Assembly: GCA_021801565.1 (NCBI GenBank)
Contig: JAJYXV010000003.1
Coordinates: 196,894-260,893, forward strand
Direction: 5' to 3'
Source of the DNA: a bacterium
GTDB taxonomy: Bacteria > Patescibacteriota > Minisyncoccia > UBA6257 > GWB1-50-10
Length of the DNA: 64,000 nt
In this document: piece by piece, positions 38,803 through 48,283 of the stretch
Layout of the letters: every line of letters begins with the position of its first letter
Numbering within the stretch: position 1 is the stretch's first letter
Notes under the pieces: model-generated
Told to the model about the DNA's origin: nothing
The model's database searches: none
What the model saw: the letters and a program-made list of their open reading frames with translations, nothing else
Program-made: the position numbers and the translations under genes

Positions 38803-39690
38803 TTAAGGAGTGATCAATACGTTTAATTTTTCTAGTTTCTTTAAAAACTCTTCAGTTTCACGCTTATTTCCACCAAAAAGATCATTTTTTATTTGTTCAA
38901 TTTCAGGGACAAAAAGAGGAGTTGCTTCTAATTTGTCTTTTATCCATTGAATTTCCGGAGCGGAGAATATAACTGCATTGAGTGAATAATCTTCGAACGC
39001 CTCGTACGATAATGGACACAAATCTTTTACAATTTGTGCGATTGCTTTGGCATACATGCGGATTTCATATTGTGCGTGTGGATCAAGACGAAGTTTTAGA
39101 AAATGCAGAAGATTGTGTAAGTCAATCTTCCAATACGCTTCCGTATACGTGGAAAGCGGAAGATCTTTTCTTGCTTGCTCTTTTGCTATGCCAGCATCAA
39201 TTCTCTTTTTATACACGTCGCTGGCGATTTTATGAAACTCTTTTTCTTCTTCTGAAAATTTATTTCCCAGTTCAGCATTTAAGAAACCGCTACTTCCCTG
39301 TTTATTGTCTGGCGATTGAAGACGCCAGTTTTCGGGGGATGTTTCTTGTTTTTCATCGATAGCGAGAGAGTATCTCGTTGAATATTCATTTACATTCGCT
39401 GTTCGATGTCGTATCCATTGGCGCCAACAATCCATTGGAACTTTAACGTGAAATTTGAATTCCACCATTTCAAATGGACTTGTGTGTTTATGACGCATTA
39501 AATAGCGGATTAGCCCTCTGTCTTCACTGATTTTTTTCGTTCCCTTTCCGTATGAAACCCGTGCCGCCTGAACAACGGAATAATCATCACCCATGACATC
39601 CTCTAAACGAACAAACCCCTTATCCAAACATCTTATGGGAGTCTCCTTCCATTTCTCTATTTTTGCAATATTATTTTTATTCTCTTCCAT
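38803..39690 (-). CDS. thyX: Flavin-dependent thymidylate synthase
   Basis: AARVSY, HTSPFE, RHRTANVNEYSTRY, HAQYEIR. Confidence 0.95.
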   Translation of the reverse strand: MEENKNNIAKIEKWKETPIRCLDKGFVRLEDVMGDDYSVVQAARVSYGKGTKKISEDRGLIRYLMRHKHTSPFEMVEFKFHVKVPMDCWRQWIRHRTANVNEYSTRYSLAIDEKQETSPENWRLQSPDNKQGSSGFLNAELGNKFSEEEKEFHKIASDVYKKRIDAGIAKEQARKDLPLSTYTEAYWKIDLHNLLHFLKLRLDPHAQYEIRMYAKAIAQIVKDLCPLSYEAFEDYSLNAVIFSAPEIQWIKDKLEATPLFVPEIEQIKNDLFGGNKRETEEFLKKLEKLNVLITP

Positions 39691-39780
39691 AACTCACTTC
39701 TTCTTTGTTAATAAAACTATCTCAAGGATAACAAAAAACCGACTACTTTTACAAGTAACCGGTTTTGAAGGAATCTGATC

Positions 39781-41448
<1,668 letters not shown>

Positions 41449-41748
41449 CTATTCAATAATTGCAAGGATATCGTCTTCCGAGACAAGATAATATTTTTTT
41501 TCATTATCTTCAATTTTTTTCTCATCAGACCACGGTTTTGAAAAAAGTATCTTGTCACCAATTTTCACCGACATGGAAATTTTTGTCCCATTGTCACTCA
41601 TTTTTCCTGGACCAATTGCGACAATTACTCCCTGCATACGCTCCTTTTTTTGCACATTATCCGGAAGTACAATACCGGATTTTGTTGTTCTTTGTTCTTC
41701 CTCGATATATTCAACAAGAACATTATTTGATAACGGTTTAATATTCAT
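41449..41748 (-). CDS. groS: Co-chaperonin GroES
   Basis: IKPL, TKSGIVLPD, VAIGPG, DILAII. Confidence 0.95.
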   Translation of the reverse strand: MNIKPLSNNVLVEYIEEEQRTTKSGIVLPDNVQKKERMQGVIVAIGPGKMSDNGTKISMSVKIGDKILFSKPWSDEKKIEDNEKKYYLVSEDDILAIIE

Positions 41749-41760
41749 ATTATTTTTAAG

Positions 41761-41787
41761 TTAGCACTGACGACTTTTTATTGCTAA
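41761..41787. promoter_or_regulatory. CIRCE element (HrcA operator)
   Basis: TTAGCACTG-N9-TATTGCTAA versus consensus TTAGCACTC-N9-GAGTGCTAA, immediately upstream of groES. Confidence 0.85.
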
Positions 41788-41797
41788 TGCATATATG

Positions 41798-41825
41798 ATT
41801 ATATTCGTCGGATGAGGAGTGTCAA
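41798..41825 (-). promoter_or_regulatory. Sigma70 promoter of groES-groEL
   Basis: TTGACA-N16-TATAAT on minus strand. Confidence 0.8.
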
Positions 41826-41894
41826 CCCGGTAGTAGAAATTCGATATGTCGCCTTGCGACACAGTTATGTGCAATTGAATTTTCACTACCGGGT
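41825..41894. mobile_element. MITE/REP-like inverted-repeat element, copy A (70 bp)
   Basis: Ends ACCCGGTAGTAGAAATTCGAT / ATTGAATTTTCACTACCGGGT, CA on both sides; second copy at 44999. Confidence 0.7.
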
Positions 41895-41959
41895 CAATCC
41901 CATAGTAGAAGCTCAATTATAATTTTGCAGACTTCCATGTATTGTCATATAGTCAATAC

Positions 41960-43660
41960 ATGGATACTGGATGGATTTTTTCGTACCCCGAAGAGAGTGT
42001 CGTGCGTCGTGCGTTTGTGTTTGCTGAAAATGCCCATAAAGACGTAAAAAGAGAAAGTGGAGATCCTTATATTATTCATCCGCTTGCGGTTGCAAATCTT
42101 GTGCGTGAATGGGGACTCGATGATGCGAGCATTGCAGCGGCATTCTTACATGATGTTCTTGAAGACACCTCCCATACACAGAAAGAACTAGAAAAGATCT
42201 TCGGAATAGAGATTGCTCAAATTGTCGATGGAATGACGAAATTGCGCAATTTTAAATTTGGAGAAAATCCGGATGCCGAAAATATACGAAAACTTATCCT
42301 TTCCTTTGGGAAGGATTTGCGTGTTATCTTAATAAAACTTGCAGATCGATATCATAATATGATGACACTAAAATATAAATCCCCTGAAAAACAAAAAGAA
42401 ATTGCGTGGGAAACAATAGAAATATACGCACCGATCGCATATCGTCTCGGGATGCAAAAATTAAGCGGGGAACTTGAAGATCTTTCATTCCCCTTTCTTT
42501 ATGAAGAAGAATATAAGTGGCTTACAGAAAATGTAAAAGAACAACATGAAGAACGGGTTATATACGCAGAGAAGGTGAAATCTGCGCTCCATAAAATGCT
42601 TGAAGAAGCGCATATTGAACCAATCACAATTGATTCCCGTGCAAAGCGATATTACAGTCTTTACAGAAAACTAATGAGAAATGATATGGATTTGGGTAAA
42701 ATATATGATCTTGTTGCTGTTCGGGTTATCGTAAACACCATTGAGGAGTGTTACGGAGTTCTTGGGGTTATACACAAACACTGGTCCCCACTTCCCAGAC
42801 GTTTTAAAGATTATATTGCAGTTCCAAAATCTAACGGATATAGAAGTCTTCATACTGTTGTTTCTGCACTTGAAAACAAAATAATAGAAATACAGATAAA
42901 AACTAAGGAAATGCATCAGGAAAACGAGTTTGGTATCGCAGCTCATTGGGCGTACGAACAAACTAAAAAGGATTCCACCCAAAAAACAAAAGAATGGCAC
43001 GGGGTACAAAACAAAAAAGAACTTTTATGGGTGCAACAGCTCCAAAATTGGCAAAATAAATTTGTGAATCAACAAGATTTTCTAGAGTCATTAAAAATTG
43101 ATTTTTTTAAAGAGAGAATATTTGTACTTACTCCAAAAAATGATGTGATTGATCTTCCTGCAGGATCTACACCAGTTGATTTTGCATATCATATTCACAG
43201 TGATATAGGAAATCAGTGTACTGGTGCAAAGGTAAACGGGAAAATTGTCCCACTTGATTGCGAACTTCACTCAGGAGATGTTATTGAGGTGTCCACACAG
43301 AAAGGGAAGAAACCGTCAGAGGATTGGCTTCGTTTTATCAAAAGTTCAATGGCAAAAAAATATGTGAAAAGTTCACTTCGTATAAAAGATAAAAGATTGC
43401 AAACAAAAATTTCTGCGCCAAAAGAAATCCAATTTAAAATTGCAAACCTCGATCGTCCGGGATATCTGAGAGAAATCACAAATGTTTTCGGAGATTTAGA
43501 TATCAATATTCTTTATTTAAACAGCCAGACGGACCCACGAAACATGTTTTCAATAGTGATTGTAAGATGTGCAACAATTCAAAAACAAAAACTTACTAAA
43601 CTGCTCATGAGAATTAAAAAAATTCAAGGAACAAAAGAAATAAGTTATTACTATATTTAA
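41960..43660 (+). CDS. relA: Bifunctional (p)ppGpp synthetase/hydrolase Rel
   Basis: PYIIHP, HDVLED, KLADRYHN, KDYIAVPKSNGYRSLH, TPVDFAY (TGS), C-terminal ACT. Confidence 0.93.
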   Translation: MDTGWIFSYPEESVVRRAFVFAENAHKDVKRESGDPYIIHPLAVANLVREWGLDDASIAAAFLHDVLEDTSHTQKELEKIFGIEIAQIVDGMTKLRNFKFGENPDAENIRKLILSFGKDLRVILIKLADRYHNMMTLKYKSPEKQKEIAWETIEIYAPIAYRLGMQKLSGELEDLSFPFLYEEEYKWLTENVKEQHEERVIYAEKVKSALHKMLEEAHIEPITIDSRAKRYYSLYRKLMRNDMDLGKIYDLVAVRVIVNTIEECYGVLGVIHKHWSPLPRRFKDYIAVPKSNGYRSLHTVVSALENKIIEIQIKTKEMHQENEFGIAAHWAYEQTKKDSTQKTKEWHGVQNKKELLWVQQLQNWQNKFVNQQDFLESLKIDFFKERIFVLTPKNDVIDLPAGSTPVDFAYHIHSDIGNQCTGAKVNGKIVPLDCELHSGDVIEVSTQKGKKPSEDWLRFIKSSMAKKYVKSSLRIKDKRLQTKISAPKEIQFKIANLDRPGYLREITNVFGDLDINILYLNSQTDPRNMFSIVIVRCATIQKQKLTKLLMRIKKIQGTKEISYYYI

Positions 43661-44640
43661 TCAACATCATCTTTCAGGAGTGAATTAATTATTGATTGCC
43701 ATTCATCACGCGAATAAAATTCAATGACAATTCTCCCCTTGTCTCTGTTTTTTATAATTTTTACAGGTGCACCGAGTTTTTCTTCAAGTTGACGCTCAAG
43801 ATGTAATTCTTCCGGGTTTTGTGTGCGTTCTTGTAGTTTTTTCTCGCGCATATGACGCACGGGCGTCTTCTGCTCAATAAGTTGTTCGAAAATCTTTTGC
43901 TGTTCCGCAATGTTTTCAAAAGAAAGAAGTGTGCGAGCCTGTGATTCGTTTATTTTGCCTTCGGCAAGTGCTGTCTGCATATGCGAGGGAAGATTCAAAA
44001 GTCGTAATGTATTTGCAATTACCTCTCTACTTTTCCCCATACGTACAGCGATTTCTCTCTGGGTAAGACCAAATTCATCTTGAAGACGTGCATATGCCCT
44101 TGCTGCATCCAGGGCGTTTAAATCACTTCTCTGTATATTCTCAATAAGCGCCATTTCTAGGCGTACTTTTCCTGTATCTATCTTTTTTATAATCGCAGGT
44201 ATCCTTTCCAATCCAGCGATTTTCGAAGCCATGAGTCTTCGTTCTCCGGCGATGAGTTGATATTCTACATCGGTTCCCCCCGGTTTTTCCCTCACTATTT
44301 TAGAAACTATAAGTGGCTGAATTATTCCAAACTCACTTATTGATTGGGCGAGCTCATCAAGATCCTCTTTGTTAAATGTTTTCCGTGGTTGATATGGATT
44401 TGATTTTATTTTTTCAATCTCTATTTGAAATACTGATTCTGATTTTACATCGAATTTTCGTTTTTGATCGTAATTCTTATCTGTTATTTGTTGTTTTATT
44501 TCTTTTGTTACAACGTGCCTATTTTCAAAAAGATTTTCTGCGTTATCATGCGGAATATTTTGTTTATATTCTTCTTTTTTTATTTCCCCATCATTTTTCT
44601 TTGGTGGAATAAGTGACTGCATTCCATGTCCAGTAGTCAT
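43657..44640 (-). CDS. parB: ParB/Spo0J partition protein
   Basis: NPYQPR, GIIQP, LIAGERR, ALIENIQR, HTH SR...ANTLRLL. Confidence 0.93.
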   Translation of the reverse strand: MTTGHGMQSLIPPKKNDGEIKKEEYKQNIPHDNAENLFENRHVVTKEIKQQITDKNYDQKRKFDVKSESVFQIEIEKIKSNPYQPRKTFNKEDLDELAQSISEFGIIQPLIVSKIVREKPGGTDVEYQLIAGERRLMASKIAGLERIPAIIKKIDTGKVRLEMALIENIQRSDLNALDAARAYARLQDEFGLTQREIAVRMGKSREVIANTLRLLNLPSHMQTALAEGKINESQARTLLSFENIAEQQKIFEQLIEQKTPVRHMREKKLQERTQNPEELHLERQLEEKLGAPVKIIKNRDKGRIVIEFYSRDEWQSIINSLLKDDVD

Positions 44641-44699
44641 ATATGCATATTATATTACGTTTATACAACGAATAAAAGTTACAAATGTTTCCCAATAAA

Positions 44700-44967
44700 A
44701 CCAAAACAGAGGTACTTATTTACCTCCCTTGCAAAATTTTTCTTCCATTACTAATTTCGAGGTCTAATATGTGAGTAATAAATATAAAGGACAACTCGAA
44801 ACGATGAAATATCTAGATTTTACTTAAGGGAATGAATAGGATTCCTCTGTCTTAGTAAAAACGCACGTACGTTGGTCTTAATCGAACGAGAAAAACATTC
44901 CACAAAGCTTCATACCGGCCGGATACTCCACCCTATGGTCTGCTCAACGCGCGCAACAAGAACCAAT
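44700..44967 (-). ncRNA. Candidate ~265-nt structured non-coding RNA
   Basis: Own promoter, 95-nt irregular hairpin, second hairpin, hairpin with pseudoknot partner, terminal hairpin; no ORF. Confidence 0.5.
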
Positions 44968-44971
44968 AAAA

Positions 44972-44999
44972 ATAATACTTTCCTAAAATAGAATGTCAA
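44972..44999 (-). promoter_or_regulatory. Sigma70 promoter for the candidate RNA
   Basis: TTGACA-N16-TATTAT on minus strand. Confidence 0.65.
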
Positions 45000-45123
45000 C
45001 CCGGTAGTAGAAATTCGATATGTCGCCACACAACACGACTATGTGCAATTAATATCTACATTCAAAATAGATAATAAAATTGAGCGTTTTCTCCCTTATG
45101 CAATTGAATTTTCACTACCAGGT
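44999..45123. mobile_element. MITE/REP-like inverted-repeat element, copy B (125 bp)
   Basis: Left end identical to copy A (ACCCGGTAGTAGAAATTCGATATGTCGCC), right end TGCAATTGAATTTTCACTACCAGGT, longer interior. Confidence 0.7.
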
Positions 45124-45125
45124 CA

Positions 45126-45248
45126 ACCCTGTTAGAGACAGATCACAATCCAAGTTTATAAATAAAATACACGGGTAGCACAAATGCAATTTCTATATAT
45201 TATCTCCCCTCTGATACATTCTTAGTGATCGCGGTCTCTACACGGGGT
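45126..45248. mobile_element. Second-family inverted-repeat element (123 bp)
   Basis: ACCCTGTTAGAGACAGATCAC ... GTGATCGCGGTCTCTACACGGGGT, joined to neighbours by CA. Confidence 0.6.
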
Positions 45249-45296
45249 CAACCCCGTTGATAATAGTTTTTTCCTTGTGTAATATAATGCAAAAAG

Positions 45297-46313
45297 TTAT
45301 TTATTTTCAGGCGTAAGTGAATCAAAAAAATCTTTAAAGTTCCCTTCTTCGTGTATCATAAGTACTAATGGTTCTTTTGTGTCAGATGATATCTCCCCAT
45401 TAATAACTTCTTTTTTTGTTTTTTCATGTTTTATATCAAGGGTGGGAGGTGCATATGTTCCATAATCATACTCATATGTTTTTTCTACATATGGATGAGA
45501 CGAAATTGTCTCAAATATATCCCTCTTTGGTGGAATAGAATGCTCTTTCTGGTTTTCATTTCCACGTATGATTTCTTTTGCAAGCTCTTCATATGCAATT
45601 GCCCCTGGACTTTGTGGGGCATACAACATAATTGGTTTTTGAAAGCGAGGCGATTCTGCAAGTGCCACCGAACGGGGTATTTCGACGTCATACACTTTAT
45701 ACGGAAATCTTTTTCGTATTTCTCTTGCAATATCTCGTGAAAGTTTTTCCCGCTTATCGTACATTGTAAGCAGTGCTCCGCTGATTTTTAACGGATGACC
45801 GAGATTTTCCCTTATGAGGTGAACGGTATCAAGTAACTGCGGGATTCCTTCAAGACTGTAATATTCACACTGCACTGGAATTACCACTTCGTCCGCGGCC
45901 ATAAGCCCGTTTACAGTAAGTAAGTTTACCGTTGGCCCGAGATCAATGAGTATAAAATCATATTGATCGCGAATTCGATCAATAAATTTTTTGAGAAGCG
46001 ATTCTCGATCGGGAACTTCGATGAGTTCGACGAGAGCTCCCGCAAGATCTTGTGAAGCGGGCACTACATCAAGACGTGCGAGATAGGTTCGCTTTATTAC
46101 TCGATCAGTCTGTTGACCAGCAAGAAGTGCATGATAAATTGTTTCACTTGGTTCATGTATCACTCCTAGTCCAATCGTGGTGTTGTATTGCGGATCAAAA
46201 TCAATGAGAAGTGTTTTTTTTCCAAGTATCGCAAAATATCCACTCACATTCATGGCGGTGGTTGTTTTTCCTACTCCCCCCTTTTGATTAAAAATTGCTA
46301 TAACACGAGACAT
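45297..46313 (-). CDS. parA: ParA/Soj ATPase with C-terminal extension
   Basis: NQKGGVGKTTT, DFDPQ, PVQCEYYSLEG, IPRSVALAESP; start MSRVIA. Confidence 0.93.
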   Translation of the reverse strand: MSRVIAIFNQKGGVGKTTTAMNVSGYFAILGKKTLLIDFDPQYNTTIGLGVIHEPSETIYHALLAGQQTDRVIKRTYLARLDVVPASQDLAGALVELIEVPDRESLLKKFIDRIRDQYDFILIDLGPTVNLLTVNGLMAADEVVIPVQCEYYSLEGIPQLLDTVHLIRENLGHPLKISGALLTMYDKREKLSRDIAREIRKRFPYKVYDVEIPRSVALAESPRFQKPIMLYAPQSPGAIAYEELAKEIIRGNENQKEHSIPPKRDIFETISSHPYVEKTYEYDYGTYAPPTLDIKHEKTKKEVINGEISSDTKEPLVLMIHEEGNFKDFFDSLTPENK

Positions 46314-46418
46314 AAATAAACACAAGAAAACTTACAGATTTTCTTTATTATTTATAAATTATACCATTGATGTGAATATTTACTATAAATATATTTTATG
46401 GCAAACTAAAGAAACAAA

Positions 46419-46507
46419 GCCGAGGTGGCGGAATTGGCAGACGCGCAGGACTCAAAATCCTGTAATCTTTATAGGTTGTGCGGGTTCAAGTCCCGCCCTC
46501 GGCACCA
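46419..46507 (+). tRNA. tRNA-Leu(CAA)
   Basis: GCCGAGG/CCTCGGC acceptor, CAGGA-CTCAAAA-TCCTG, long variable arm, encoded CCA. Confidence 0.96.
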
Positions 46508-46513
46508 TAAAAC

Positions 46514-46541
46514 AAAAAATCCTTCTTTAATGAAGGATTTT
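46514..46541. terminator. Bidirectional terminator between convergent tRNA units
   Basis: AAAAAATCCTTC-TTTAAT-GAAGGATTTT. Confidence 0.75.
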
Positions 46542-46551
46542 AAAATATGGG

Positions 46552-46631
46552 AGGCGATGGAGGAATTTAATATCCTCAAGTATTGATCCCTCAAAGAGAT
46601 CAACAACTCGCTGTTACTCAGCTACATCGCC
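46552..46631 (-). pseudogene. Non-canonical tRNA-like element
   Basis: GGCGATG/CATCGCC acceptor with U73, GCTG/CAGC D-stem, over-long middle stem with CTTTGAG loop, GAGGA/TCCTC stem lacking TTC. Confidence 0.6.
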
Positions 46632-46636
46632 ATGCG

Positions 46637-46709
46637 TGGGCGGAAAAGGGCTCGAACCTCTACTTTCAGCATTAAGAGTGCTGCGTTTTCCCAGTTAAAC
46701 TATCCGCCC
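46637..46709 (-). tRNA. tRNA-Lys(CTT)
   Basis: GGGCGGA/TCCGCCC acceptor, CAGCA-CTCTTAA-TGCTG, GGTTCGAGCC. Confidence 0.92.
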
Positions 46710-46715
46710 AGTGCG

Positions 46716-46789
46716 AGCGGGCGACAGGACTCGAACCTGCGACCTCTTCCTCTGCAAGGAAGCGCTCTAACCAACTGAGCTACTCCCGC
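46716..46789 (-). tRNA. tRNA with GCA (Cys) anticodon and tRNA-Gly-like body
   Basis: GCGGGAG/CGCCCGC acceptor, U73, CTTCC-TTGCAGA-GGAAG anticodon arm, GGTTCGAGTCC. Confidence 0.85.
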
Positions 46790-46908
46790 TTGTGATTTTT
46801 TTAAAAAAAATAAAGGAGAATCCACAATAGGAATTCTTTCCGGAGAGATTCATCTGGCGCCTCTCCCAAGCGCCCCGCCATAAGGATTCTCCAAAAATAC
46901 TGTTCTCT

Positions 46909-46936
46909 ATTCTATAAAAAATAAAAATCCTGTCAA
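46909..46936 (-). promoter_or_regulatory. Sigma70 promoter of the minus-strand tRNA cluster
   Basis: TTGACA-N16-TAGAAT. Confidence 0.7.
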
Positions 46937-47553
46937 GCAATTTTTGAAAGTGGACAGTTTTTGTGATCATGTTTTCGTGCGGGACAAAATTTTCGTCCAT
47001 ATTCAATTAAGTAATAGGTAAGTTTAAACCATTCTTTTTTTGGAAAAAGCCTCATTAAATCCTTTTCTACTATGTCAGGTGTTTTTCCATTACTCAATCT
47101 GAGAATGTGTGCAAGTCGAAATACGTGTGTATCTACAGCAATTCCTTCCACTACCCCATATGCGTTTCCGAGTACTACATTTGCCGTTTTCCTTCCCACA
47201 CCGGGAATTGTTATCATTTCTTCCATCGTTTTTGGAATTTTTCCGTTATGGTTCCCTTTTATATACCTTGCCGCTGCAAGTATATTTTTTGTCTTATTTT
47301 TATAGAATCCGGTTGGAAAAATATCCTTCTCAAATTCTTTTGGTTTTGCTTTTATATAATCATCAAACTTTCTATATTTTTTAAATAATTTCTCAGTCAC
47401 TTCATTTACCTTTTTATCGGTGCATTGTGCCGAAAGCATCACCGCAACGAGAAGTTCCCAATTATTCCTGTATTTCAACATCATCCCTGCGTGGGGGATA
47501 ATTTTTTTGAGTTCTTTTAAAATTTGTTCAGCTCTTTTTTTCTTTTTCTCCAT
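46933..47553 (-). CDS. nth: Endonuclease III
   Basis: LLVAVMLSAQCTD, HhH PGVGRKTANVVL, AVDTHV, C-terminal CPARK...CPL; start MEKKKK. Confidence 0.93.
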   Translation of the reverse strand: MEKKKKRAEQILKELKKIIPHAGMMLKYRNNWELLVAVMLSAQCTDKKVNEVTEKLFKKYRKFDDYIKAKPKEFEKDIFPTGFYKNKTKNILAAARYIKGNHNGKIPKTMEEMITIPGVGRKTANVVLGNAYGVVEGIAVDTHVFRLAHILRLSNGKTPDIVEKDLMRLFPKKEWFKLTYYLIEYGRKFCPARKHDHKNCPLSKIA

Positions 47554-47572
47554 ATTTATTATTCTAATGTTC

Positions 47573-48274
47573 TTAAGAATTTGAGAATAAGTAAGACGCA
47601 GCGATCGCCGCAGTTTCACCGCGCAGTATGAACTTCCCGAGACTTACAATCAAAAATTTGTTTTCCTCAGCATTTTTTAATTCGTTCTCGCTCCATCCCC
47701 CCTCCGGTCCCACAAAAATATTAATTGTATTTTCCTCTTTTATTTTTTTCATTAAATTACGTATATCAATTCCATCACGATTGCAAAAAAGGGTAATACC
47801 ATTTCTTTTTTCTTTTATGATGTCATTAAAATCGGTAATTTCTTTCAATTCTGGAATGATTCCTCTTTCCGATTGTTCCGCGGCTTCTTTTATGATCTTT
47901 AGCACACGCGCTCTTTTTATATTCAATTTCACTGTTTTTTCAGTGATGAGTGGAGTGATGGCGTTCACTCCAACCTCAACCGCCTTTTGTACTGCAAGTT
48001 CAAAATTTTCTTTTTTAAGAATACTCAAATACAAATGGACGTTCCTTTTTGACTCGTTTTTATTTTTTTCCAATGAAACTACTTTTGTATCTATATTTTT
48101 TTCTACACGTGTGATTTCTACCGTATATTCATTTTTATTTTCATCACATAATAAAATTCTTTCTCCCACACTTAAGTGAAGTACATTTTTTATTTGATGT
48201 ATCATTTCTTTATCTTCAACTTTTATCCTTCTCTCCATAATCGTAAATTTTCCAAAAAATCTGTGTATTTTCAT
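47573..48274 (-). CDS. rsmE: 16S rRNA m3U1498 methyltransferase
   Basis: QKAVEVGV, EAAEQSER, VGPEGG, LG..ILRGETA. Confidence 0.93.
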   Translation of the reverse strand: MKIHRFFGKFTIMERRIKVEDKEMIHQIKNVLHLSVGERILLCDENKNEYTVEITRVEKNIDTKVVSLEKNKNESKRNVHLYLSILKKENFELAVQKAVEVGVNAITPLITEKTVKLNIKRARVLKIIKEAAEQSERGIIPELKEITDFNDIIKEKRNGITLFCNRDGIDIRNLMKKIKEENTINIFVGPEGGWSENELKNAEENKFLIVSLGKFILRGETAAIAASYLFSNS

Positions 48275-48283
48275 ACTGTTTTA

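Noticed and set aside
44700-44967. tmRNA, RNase P RNA or 4.5S SRP RNA
   Set aside because: No tRNA-Ala-like ends, no GAGGAAAGUCC core, no CAGG-GNRA-AGCA SRP motif
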